DNA from: Desulfobacterales bacterium
GTDB lineage: Bacteria > Desulfobacterota > Desulfobacteria > Desulfobacterales > SKZT01
Reading direction: 5' to 3'
NCBI GenBank assembly: GCA_018399715.1
Contig: JAGYNR010000001.1
Location: 8,128-72,127 of the forward strand
DNA length: 64,000 nt
A program made the position numbers and the translations under genes. The notes under the pieces are model-generated. The model was not told the origin of the DNA. It saw only the letters and a program-made list of their open reading frames with translations, and searched no databases. Every line of letters begins with the position of its first letter. Within the stretch, counting starts at the first letter, position 1. Below are positions 10,701 through 18,945 of the stretch, piece by piece.

Positions 10701-11050
10701 TTTAAATCAGGAAAAAAAATCAGGTTATGAACCTTACGGGTTTTTCCGTTTTTTTTATAAATATTGCTGATTTCAGTTGTCAAAATAAACCGGACATCGT
10801 TTCTGCATACGCTGGGTACCAGTTTATCACATGATTTTGCTATATCCGGTTTTAAGCGAAACAGCCCTTGTTCTGCCGGAACCAGTTTTTCCCGAATTTC
10901 CTCAAACCATTCGGGATGCGTAAAATCACCCGTTCCCACAACGGTGATACCTTTTTTCTGAGCTGATATATAAAGATTTTCTAGGTCCAGATTTTTGGCA
11001 GTTGCCCGCGAAAATTTAGAATGAACATGAAAATCCCCAATAAATCTCAT
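7769..11050 (-). CDS. EndoQ-like PHP/Zn-finger endonuclease fused to a UvrD/PcrA-type SF1 helicase
   Basis: N-terminal part: DFHVHSKFSRA, GTGDFTHPEW, PAHIWTPW, SNSDAHSPANLGREAN, a Cys4 finger and PGYDGEYGKVKIF. C-terminal part: AGPGTGKT, AVTFTNKAA, DEYQD, GDPDQAIYGFRG, MHASKGLEFPVVF and YVAMTRA. The likely start is ATG 11048-11050 with an AAGGA SD. The ORF is open to 11101. Confidence 0.8.
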   Translation of the reverse strand: MRFIGDFHVHSKFSRATAKNLDLENLYISAQKKGITVVGTGDFTHPEWFEEIREKLVPAEQGLFRLKPDIAKSCDKLVPSVCRNDVRFILTTEISNIYKKNGKTRKVHNLIFFPDLKAVSDFSAKLSAIGNIASDGRPILGLDSRDLLEIMLDTSEHGFFIPAHIWTPWFSVLGSKSGFDSIRECFEDLTSYITAVETGLSSDPAMNWRISSLDNLTLVSNSDAHSPANLGREANLFNTGLDYFSIIDAMKTGDPEKFIGTLEFYPQEGKYHYDGHRKCGICFNPEQTCLNNGICPVCGKPLTLGVLYRINALSDRCEGIKPKYSNTYISIVPLVDILSEIFRVGPKSKKVEEAYHVVISKGGPELKVLYQIPSEALDNINVPLLKVAVERMRENKVFIHPGYDGEYGKVKIFKDGEREILTAQKSLFVFSQDDIFVQKENRVTRKTDEPEIFLPKTSPAKPMKKHTGKDSENRKTECLNEEQRHAVYHLGRVLLIVAGPGTGKTRTLTYKIVHLIREKQVIPEKILAVTFTNKAASEMKDRLTRLLGNNVKQLPFVGTFHSVCIHMLQKLPEYEGFSVLNDEDRIFYVQEAINGLLSEGIHIKEKPQVILDKIVAAKQNIEFPAQFTGDVIKTVFDVYQKRLASEKLWDFEDLITNVVKRFESDSAFLKTYQDQFQYIFVDEYQDLNKAQYRFIKAMVPGETKNLLADESSKLCVIGDPDQAIYGFRGSDIMYFQQLLNDYPDAEIIRLKRNYRSSQTILKASYQVIEKSRSEFSSEQLFSTIKSISTVRIIETISEKAEAETIARQVEKLMGGADFYSIDSGRIQVSNEHRDKGFSDFAVLFRTRKQGEVLADAFRRRGIPYQLVAKKHVFSTKSVVEVISMLRIVENMATLPDRKKLVTFTMADIQRMKEKCKDAVTVRKKLEILVDHYISRSLENTNDSSQKALNKILDFSMEFGQNICKFLSMAALQTDPDVYIPKAERVALMTMHASKGLEFPVVFIAGCEDELIPYNHDAGICQDIDEERRLFYVAMTRAMEYLFLTWSHRRQIYGKIVNRKLSPFVGQIEQCLRFYEKMNVKNKTQNSQVQLQMF

Positions 11051-11109
11051 CACTTGTCCTTTATGGATATCCACTGTTAATAACAATGGGAAGTTGTTCA
11101 ATTAACTCT

Positions 11110-11305
11110 TTAAATATTGTTGATAACATCATACTTATGAACAAGAATATATTGATTGTCAAAAAACTAAAAAAATAAATGATTCAATGGATATCTTATC
11201 AACATTCGCAAATGAAACCATAAATAGAAAAATCAAACAGTTAAAACAATGATAACGAAATAAACAATTTGTAGTATTAATATTGTTATATAAATATAAA
11301 ATCAT
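11110..11305. repeat. AT-rich imperfect direct repeat, left copy (partner at 19248-19443)
   Basis: The first 35 nt match 31/35 and a distal 35-nt block matches 28/35. The spacing between the two blocks is 150 nt in both copies. It contains DnaA-box-like TGTTGATAA (11118-11126) and TTATCAACA (11196-11204). Confidence 0.75.
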
Positions 11306-11377
11306 AACAACAGATGTTAAAAAAGAAATATATCGATCAAAACGGCAGCAAATCCACCCATTGATGACTCTATATCA

Positions 11378-14005
11378 TTAGGCTTCGATTACTATCCCCT
11401 TCCTTAAACCTGAAAACCATTGGTCGTATAAAACCGGCGTAAGAAGATCGAACATGTAATGCTGCCGGGCATCCGGGCGGTATTTTTTGGAAATATCAGC
11501 GATATTCACCGTTTTTAATCGCTGGTTTACCTTTTTAAAGTGTGCCTTGGCGTATTCGGCCTTGGCCGGGGTGGATTCGTCCTGGTCGTCATCCGACTTG
11601 ATTTCTACCACCCGGATCAGATATTCGATGCCCTCGTCCTGAAAATTTCTCAACGTCTCAATGTGGTTATTTTGTCCTTTGGTGATCAGTTTTAACAGGT
11701 AATTATCCAAATGTATTTTAATAAAAAAATCCGGGTTAAATCCCCGGCGTGTTCTGTCTTTACCGCCTCGCCAGAATTCGTAGTCTATGCTGTAAAATCC
11801 CTTGTCCGGGGATTTAATCCAGGCATCGATATAATCCGCGTGATCGATTAACTGAAAAACAAATTCCCTTTCCGGGGTATGCGACACTAAAACGATGTAT
11901 TGCGGGTTTTTAAGTCTGGACGCGTTGACCACATAGGGGGATCGTTCATCGTTTTCCACCAATGATCGGATAATATCCGGATGTGCTGTAATAAAAGGAT
12001 CTGCATCAAACATCGGAAGCATGAGTTGTTTACCTTGTTGTTGGGTGCCTCGCCATTCACTCAAAAATTCCAGAACTGTTTTGTTGTCATCAGAAAGTTC
12101 GGTTTCATAATCTTCACTCAAAAATGCGGTGGCATCTTTATCCAGTTCACTTAACCGCAGACTGTGTTTATCCATATCGCATGTTGCTGTGGGTATAAGG
12201 TTACCCTCAATATTTTCAAAAATCCGTTTTTTGGTTCCCGGCGGCAAAAACTGGTTAAAATAATTTTCGATTTGTTTTTTGTTTTCCAGGGAAAGCCGGT
12301 TGCCTGTTATATCAACCGTTTCCATGGCTTTTTGGATGACGGCCTTGATATCTTCCTCGGTCGGATACCGATCGGCAACGATCACCTCGCCAAAGTCAAG
12401 ATGACCGGCCCGAAATAGTTCGGGATTTATCAGGGGCCTTGAGGAAATATACATGTCACTCTGGGTTACTGCGTCGACCAGTTCTTTGATATGATCGGCA
12501 AAACGGTCATGATTGGTCACGGTCAGACAGGGATATGTTTGATGAATATGAGCGCTGGGAATATTTCGGGGAATCCGCAACCCACGGCCCAGTACCTGGG
12601 ATATGAGAAGCTTGGATTTAAACACCCGCTCTTCCATGGGCACAATCTGAAAAACATTGTCCACATCCCAACCTTCGGACAGCTTGTTGACGGCGAATAT
12701 GTACTCTACAGAACCACCTGTTTTTTGGGGGTTAATTTCTTCAATATGTTCCAGTTGCTCCTTATATTCAGATTCTGAAATGCGGCTGACCACGCAGATC
12801 ACCTTTTGTCGCATCTGGCCAGTAATTTCAGAATCCGTGCCGGTCGCGCCCTTATGCTTCTTTTCGTAATCAGCCAAAAATTTGATAAACGCTTCACTTC
12901 TGTCTTGAGCGTTTTTCTGGGTAGGGCAGATAAATATCGTGACCGGCTTGACCTGCCGTTTGCCTCTTAACCGGTAGGCGTATTTTTTCCGGTTATCCAG
13001 GTGGTTTTTCAGAACAATCTCAAACCGCTGATCAATTGTCAGGGGCTTATCGCCTTCATCGGTCCGGGTACGCACATTGTTGTTGATGTCCTTGATGTAT
13101 TTCTGATTAATGGCATCTTTGATGGAATAGTTGTAGATGATATCGGCAAAATATTCATCCTTGTTATAAGGCGTGCCAGTAAAGCCGATATGCCGGGTAA
13201 TCTTCTTGTTTCTTCTTAAAAACTGCATCCACAAGCGTTCTTCTTTTTCAGCAGTTCGCTTACCTTCGACCGTTTCATCCTTGTCCATGACCAATTGATT
13301 TTGTGAAAATTGTAAATGGGAATAGGCATGATGGATTTCATCGCCCAGCACCAGCACTTCGTCTGTGTTTTTAAACAGGGTATCGGTAATCGAGCCAAAC
13401 GTGTAAACCGCGTTGATATTTTCAATAACGATGGAATCGTCTTCAATGGGATCGTTGTCGTTTAAGATGTTAATGGCTTTACCCCGATATTTCATTGGCA
13501 GCTCTTCCATCAGGCTTTTATCGGTCATCAGGTCTTTAAACTTTTCCCGAAGGCCCTGTTCGATAATAGTTGAAGCCGGCCCCAACACCAGAACCCGGCG
13601 GGTTAGTCCCATCACCAAAAAAAGATATGCCACGGCAAAAATCACGTAAGACTTGCCAGTGCCGGTAGCCATGTGCACAACGCCGGACAACCGGTCCGGT
13701 AAGGGTAAATGGTTTACCAACATTTTTTGACTGCTGAACCGCTGCTGAATCCGGGGCTTCACGTAATTATCTTTAGCTAAATCGACAATGGTTTTATAGG
13801 CACCACCCCAGAGATAGATCATGACCTGCTTAATGGCCTGCTTCTGGTATTCCCGCGTTCCGGTTAATTGGTCTACATAATCTTCAATCTCCGAAAAATT
13901 GAATTTGTTGTAGTTACACCGCCGGATATTGATGTCCAGGGTGTGTTCGGACAAGTTCATCTTTTTAACGACCGATTTTTTCTTTTTCTGTCTGGACATG
14001 AGCAT
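11378..14005 (-). CDS. res: Type III restriction endonuclease, Res subunit (SF2 helicase-nuclease)
   Basis: Walker A MATGTGKSY and DEAH-like LGDEIHHAY. Size is 875 aa. The start ATG overlaps the extended mod frame as TAATG. Confidence 0.8.
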   Translation of the reverse strand: MLMSRQKKKKSVVKKMNLSEHTLDINIRRCNYNKFNFSEIEDYVDQLTGTREYQKQAIKQVMIYLWGGAYKTIVDLAKDNYVKPRIQQRFSSQKMLVNHLPLPDRLSGVVHMATGTGKSYVIFAVAYLFLVMGLTRRVLVLGPASTIIEQGLREKFKDLMTDKSLMEELPMKYRGKAINILNDNDPIEDDSIVIENINAVYTFGSITDTLFKNTDEVLVLGDEIHHAYSHLQFSQNQLVMDKDETVEGKRTAEKEERLWMQFLRRNKKITRHIGFTGTPYNKDEYFADIIYNYSIKDAINQKYIKDINNNVRTRTDEGDKPLTIDQRFEIVLKNHLDNRKKYAYRLRGKRQVKPVTIFICPTQKNAQDRSEAFIKFLADYEKKHKGATGTDSEITGQMRQKVICVVSRISESEYKEQLEHIEEINPQKTGGSVEYIFAVNKLSEGWDVDNVFQIVPMEERVFKSKLLISQVLGRGLRIPRNIPSAHIHQTYPCLTVTNHDRFADHIKELVDAVTQSDMYISSRPLINPELFRAGHLDFGEVIVADRYPTEEDIKAVIQKAMETVDITGNRLSLENKKQIENYFNQFLPPGTKKRIFENIEGNLIPTATCDMDKHSLRLSELDKDATAFLSEDYETELSDDNKTVLEFLSEWRGTQQQGKQLMLPMFDADPFITAHPDIIRSLVENDERSPYVVNASRLKNPQYIVLVSHTPEREFVFQLIDHADYIDAWIKSPDKGFYSIDYEFWRGGKDRTRRGFNPDFFIKIHLDNYLLKLITKGQNNHIETLRNFQDEGIEYLIRVVEIKSDDDQDESTPAKAEYAKAHFKKVNQRLKTVNIADISKKYRPDARQHYMFDLLTPVLYDQWFSGLRKGIVIEA

Positions 14006-14133
14006 TAATCTTTAAGAATAAAAGGGTTGCTTTCATTTCCGTGCTTGTCGATGGCAATTACTGCCACACTGTTGGTTAATCCGGAAATTTTGATTTCCTG
14101 GTTTTGGTTGATATCCCTGGCAAAGACTGTTTT

Positions 14134-16065
14134 TTACATATCAAAAATGTTGTTGTCATAATTTACATCTACCAGCAACATGGCCAGACCTTCCAGGCCG
14201 TTAAATTTTTCACCGTTTCGATTTAAAATACCGGTTTTAAATTTTGTAATCTTTAAGCCCTCCTTGATTTTTTTGACGGCAATCTCAACCTCATCGTTAA
14301 AATAAAAACCGGTAGCGTTGATCAGGTGATTGACATTCTCCTGGGAGTTGGGCTGTTCGGTAATCTGAAAATTGCGGGAGACCTCCTCTAAAACTTTATA
14401 GGGAAACTTTAGCAGCTTAAAGTGAACTTCCTTGCCGCTATCGTTTTTCAGGATGGTATCACCGATGACGGTACAGGTCTCCGGTGTGATAATGTAATAG
14501 TCACCTCTTAATTTACCGCCGGACTGAATCAGGATCTGTTTTAAATAATCTTCGTCGATGCGGATGTCTTTCAGGTATTCATCTTCCCAGACCGGGTATA
14601 CCTCCACCGGGTGCCCGTCCTTTTCCCCGTAGATATTGACCAGTTTGTACTTGCCGTTGAGGTTTTTCGAGTCCCGGGGCAGTTGAAACAGGCCCAGCAC
14701 AAAATTGATGTACGCATCCTTGTTTTCCCGCAGGTTTATGATACGGGAAAAGTCATAGGCCCCGCAGGAGACCACGCAAAACGGTTGAGGGCCTTTGCCG
14801 TATTTTTTATTGGCGCGAACATTTTTATTCAGGTCTTTTGATTCTCCAATGCGCAGGATGCGTTTTTGCATGGTGTAAATGGCATGCTTGCCGAAATCAC
14901 AAACTATCCAGCGACGCCCCAGCTTTTCCGCCACTGCCGCCGTGGTGCCGGAACCGGCAAACACATCCATTACCAAGTCGCCGGGATTGGATGAGGCGCG
15001 AATGATACGTTCAAGAAGGGCTTCTGGTTTTTGGGTGGGGTAATCAACTCTTTCTTTCGCTTGTGAATTAATATAATTGATTTCCCAAACATCAGGGGCA
15101 ATAGTTTTTGTTATATCAATTACAACTTTTCGAGCAAATTCATTAATATCAATTCTGCCTTCTTGTATTGCTGCATCAACTTTTTCTTTGTTATAAATAA
15201 TTAGTTGGGGCTGCCTTTTCCCATTTATATATACAGAATTTCTATCCCAACCCTTTTCATGTTTCTTTCTTTGTCCTTCTGTCGGTTCAATATGTACTTT
15301 ATTTAGATTATATTGATGTGTTTTTGAATACCAGAGAATTGAATCGTGCATATTTTGAAATGAATCGCTTGCAGCCGTCCATCTTCGGTAAAACCAAACT
15401 ATATCATTTCGAAAATTATTTTTTCCGAATACTTCGTCTAAAATCACTTTTATATAATGGCTCATTTTATAATCCAGATGGACATAAATACTTCCGTCTT
15501 CCGCCAAGATATTTCTCAATAAAATCAGTCGCTCTCTTACGCCTTCGATAAACTCGGCTGCTACCACCTTGTCTGAATAACTCTTTTCATCCCCCGCCCC
15601 GCCAAAATCACTCTTGGTCGCAAACGGCGGATCAATATAAACCAGCTTGACCTTGCCTTTAACCTTGTCCTTGATCAGGGGGTCCTGGTTCTGAAAGCAG
15701 GTTTTTAAGAACTGAAGGTTATCGCCCTGAACGATCAGGTTCACCCAGTCGGTCTTTGATTTGTTCAGAAAGTCCAGGAGTTCGAGCTGGGTATGGCCGG
15801 AGAGGCTCCCCTCGTTGAAAAATCGCTCGGCCTGCAACGGCGAGCCGCTTTCCATGGCAAAAGTCTGGTTTAAAATAGCGGCATCACTGCGTTTGCCCGC
15901 ATATTCCAGGGTAGCTATTTTGGCTTTATCCAGGATAGCCACATCATATTTCTCCGCCACATGGGGAAAAAGCTTGGGCATCAGCTCCGGGGGCGGTTCG
16001 GTGCTTTCGTTGATGGCTTCCATAATCTGCTGTTTTTCTTCATCGGTCAGGTTTGTCTTTGCCAT
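14134..16065 (-). CDS. mod: Type III DNA methyltransferase, Mod subunit (beta-class N6A/N4C MTase), apparently truncated by an in-frame TAA
   Basis: Motif [16 protein letters not shown] comes before motif [25 protein letters not shown]. The same frame continues for 42 sense codons after the TAA (14134-14136), down to a TAA at 14005-14007. Confidence 0.8.
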   Translation of the reverse strand: MAKTNLTDEEKQQIMEAINESTEPPPELMPKLFPHVAEKYDVAILDKAKIATLEYAGKRSDAAILNQTFAMESGSPLQAERFFNEGSLSGHTQLELLDFLNKSKTDWVNLIVQGDNLQFLKTCFQNQDPLIKDKVKGKVKLVYIDPPFATKSDFGGAGDEKSYSDKVVAAEFIEGVRERLILLRNILAEDGSIYVHLDYKMSHYIKVILDEVFGKNNFRNDIVWFYRRWTAASDSFQNMHDSILWYSKTHQYNLNKVHIEPTEGQRKKHEKGWDRNSVYINGKRQPQLIIYNKEKVDAAIQEGRIDINEFARKVVIDITKTIAPDVWEINYINSQAKERVDYPTQKPEALLERIIRASSNPGDLVMDVFAGSGTTAAVAEKLGRRWIVCDFGKHAIYTMQKRILRIGESKDLNKNVRANKKYGKGPQPFCVVSCGAYDFSRIINLRENKDAYINFVLGLFQLPRDSKNLNGKYKLVNIYGEKDGHPVEVYPVWEDEYLKDIRIDEDYLKQILIQSGGKLRGDYYIITPETCTVIGDTILKNDSGKEVHFKLLKFPYKVLEEVSRNFQITEQPNSQENVNHLINATGFYFNDEVEIAVKKIKEGLKITKFKTGILNRNGEKFNGLEGLAMLLVDVNYDNNIFDM

Positions 16066-16251
16066 TATTGCTCTCCGGGTTTCATAAAATTCGGGCCTGT
16101 AAAAACCGTATTCATCTTCATCTGGTTTAGGGCAGTGATAATTGCGTTTTATTTTTTATCGGCCCAATATAAATCTTTTAATATCAAACTATTAGAATTA
16201 TTGCATTAGGTCACGATTGGGCATTTTGCGTTTTATCGGCCCAATACGACC

Positions 16252-16815
16252 TTAATTTTTCGGATACCATAAGGCGGCCCTGGTAGCACCGATATGGTAG
16301 ATCTTTCCATCGCTTTTAAGTTCAGCAACCAGCTTTTTTACCTGGTTGTCGGACAGAAACGGTAACACCTGCATGAGCTCCTTGAACCGGCTGCCGGATT
16401 CTTTGTTATCTTGTATGTGTTTCATCAGCAAAGCCTTGTTCGTTTCCCGGTCCAGCCCTTTTTTGCGAGTGTAAGCGCCTTTTTGACCGGTCATTTTATA
16501 ATATCCTCGTCCCAGCATATAGCGGACACCACGACCCCGACCGTATCGTTCGATAATGCCCATGGAAACCAGTCGTTGAAGTCTGGATTTGAGTGAATCC
16601 GGTATGGGTTGACTCCGGTGAATCAGGTCCAGTAACAAAAAATCTTCGGTTCCGAAAAGCTCTAGTCTTTCCCTACCCACTTTTTCCAGAAACTGAAGAA
16701 AACGAACATCCTGAACCTCGCCGTTTAAGGTTAACGTCACCTGATAGGCGTCCGTTCCCGTAAAATCCGGAATGGATTTACCTTCCTGGATGCTTAACTC
16801 AAACATCAGGTTCAT
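16252..16815 (-). pseudogene. COG2865 RecG-like ATP-binding/transcriptional regulator, C-terminal fragment (wHTH)
   Basis: It continues the 16819-17337 ORF in the same frame across one TAG. The junction reads ...GLVERSG * G MNLMFELSIQEG..., matching the family pattern ER.GsGi.rm. Confidence 0.6.
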
Positions 16816-16818
16816 GCC

Positions 16819-17337
16819 CTAGCCGGAACGCTCCACCAGCCCGCATTTGGAGAAGATATCGGCCACACGGCGGTTGCGCGGGGCCTGGCGGTTTAAGATG
16901 TTATGCTCATTGATTCCCGGCGGAAACCCGCCGGGACTTTCAATCACCAGACGGCGAGGGTACTGACGAACAAAAATATTGCCGGGATGCCGGTAGTCCC
17001 GGTGACTGACGGCATTCAAAACGGCCTCGCGGACGGGCCGTTCGGAAAAGGTGGGAATATCCTCGATAAACAGACCTGTCTGGAAATGCTGCAAGTCGTT
17101 GCGAAGGTTGATGATATCCCACAACTGGTCGTAGAAACTGAAAAACCCCTGCCGGAACTCTACCCGCTGCTGAGCCGGACCGGAGGCATCTGAAGACCGG
17201 TATTCAAATACCACTTCCGCCCGGGCAAGATGACGGCCCATGGCCGCATGGGTGCCGAACAGAATCAGAGCGGCATAGGTCGGCCTGCCATCTGCCATGG
17301 CTTCAATATCATTTAAAAATGGTACGTTCCGTTTCAT
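16819..17337 (-). pseudogene. COG2865 RecG-like ATP-binding protein, HATPase_c_4-like fragment lacking the N-terminal AlbA_2 domain
   Basis: TYAALILFG, REAVLNAVSHRDYRHPGNIFVRQYPRRLVIESPGGFPPG and RNRRVADIFSKCGLVERSG. Visibly more GC-rich than its neighbours. Confidence 0.6.
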
Positions 17338-18506
17338 TAGCGGCTAAAAGCCTGTGTCAACAACTGGTCAAGTACATTAACTTCGGACTGCCCCGGTTGT
17401 TCCGGCCTCAGGTTGAACTTGTTTATCCGCAGGAACCGGTAACCGTAACTTTCCAGCTCTATCTGGCGTCTGATGTCATAGTCGAGGTATTCGGCGGAAA
17501 AATTGTGCTTGGTGACAGTGTCCGGGTTTTTCGTGTGAAATTCCACACCATCATACTCCAGAATCAGGGCTTGTTCCCGCCCATTTCGGGCAAGAGTCAG
17601 CAGAAAATCTATACGGTATCGGGGAATCTGTTTATGGTATTTCGTCCGTATATATTCACCAATATTAAATTGGGGCACGATCTTGAGATTTTCCCGGTGT
17701 GTTTCCACAAACCGTGTATTTATCAGCAACTGATAAAGGCGCTCTTCAGCCGGAGACTCAAAAACAGACGGGTCTTCTACAAAAAAATCGTTCTTTTTCG
17801 TGGTTTCAAGAAGCGCATGGTAGTGCTTCAAGGCATCTCCCAGGCGTGAGTGGCTGTAATCGCTGATCTGCATATTGTGAACAAATACCATGGTGTCTTT
17901 AGCTCTGCTGAACCCAACATTTAAGCGCTGCATTTTCAGGCTGCGAGTAGTGTCGGCCGTTCCACCGATCACAGGATAAATGGTTCTCAAATCCGCATTG
18001 ACATATTTTTTATCTTCCACAAAAGAATAATAAACTATATCGCGCTCTTCGCCCTGAACATCACCTACAAACCAAACTGCCAGGTTGTGGTTTCGTTTGA
18101 GTTCCGGCAGATTCATTTTTTCGTTGATGGCCTGCTCCATTCGGAGCTGCTGTTCCTTAAACGACGTAATAATGCCGATAGAGCCTGTAAAACCGTTGGA
18201 GATCCTGGTATTAAAATCTTCAATGATGGCGTCGATTTCATCAAGATTAACGTTGCGGCCTGAATCGCCCCTGGTTTCAACCCGAATAAACTGAAGCACC
18301 TGGATGACGGGCCGGGTACGAATCCGATTAACCGTCAGTTCAAGCTGGGCCGACTGGTAAAAAAATGTATTGGAATAGTCGATAATTTCCGAAAAGCTGC
18401 GGTAATGGTCCCGTAAAGAAGTAGTGTAGTTGGCGATGGCTTTGGCAAAACTCAGGGTAGAGGTACGTATTTTGACTGTCACGTGCCAGGAGTTGCAGTA
18501 TGTCAA
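17337..18506 (-). pseudogene. SF1 helicase C-terminal (AAA_12-like) plus DUF559/Vsr-like endonuclease domain, remnant
   Basis: GDVQGEERDIVYYS and RLNVGFSRAKDTMVFV (helicase motifs V/VI). C-terminal YRIDFLL...LILEYDGVEFH. No Walker A anywhere upstream. It overlaps the next ORF in another frame. Confidence 0.6.
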
Positions 18507-18945
18507 ACTGCTGTTTTAAAAAATGGGTGCTGTTGAAAATTGATGCAGGGACTATAGAAAGTCCCAGTTGGGCTTTTAACCGACCTATTTTCTGATCCTG
18601 TTGATCAATCAATATCTGTTCAAGTTGCTTTCGAAGAGCCAGGTTGTATTTTCGAGTCCCCTCCTGAAAAGCTTTTGTCTTTTGCTGTTGTTTTCTTTCA
18701 AAATCCAATGGGTCATCTTGTAACGCTACCTGGATTTCCTGATCAGATGCAATAAGTACCTTATCTGCTTTAACAATAGCGACAAGTTCCTGTTCAACGC
18801 ATGTTTGTAAATAACCCGGACCGAATTTATCAGAAAGCGCTTTCTCGATATCTAAAAGCACATCGTCTTTTAGCAGCGTTATTGTATGCTCATGTGACTT
18901 TATCACAACGGGTTTATTATCGCCTGCTTTAATTTTTGCCAGCAA
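18340..18945 (-). pseudogene. upstream fragment of the same helicase-nuclease gene (frameshifted, N-terminally truncated)
   Basis: It overlaps 17337-18506 by 167 nt in a different frame. Its own frame is closed by a stop at about 18970. No ATPase motifs. Confidence 0.45.
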
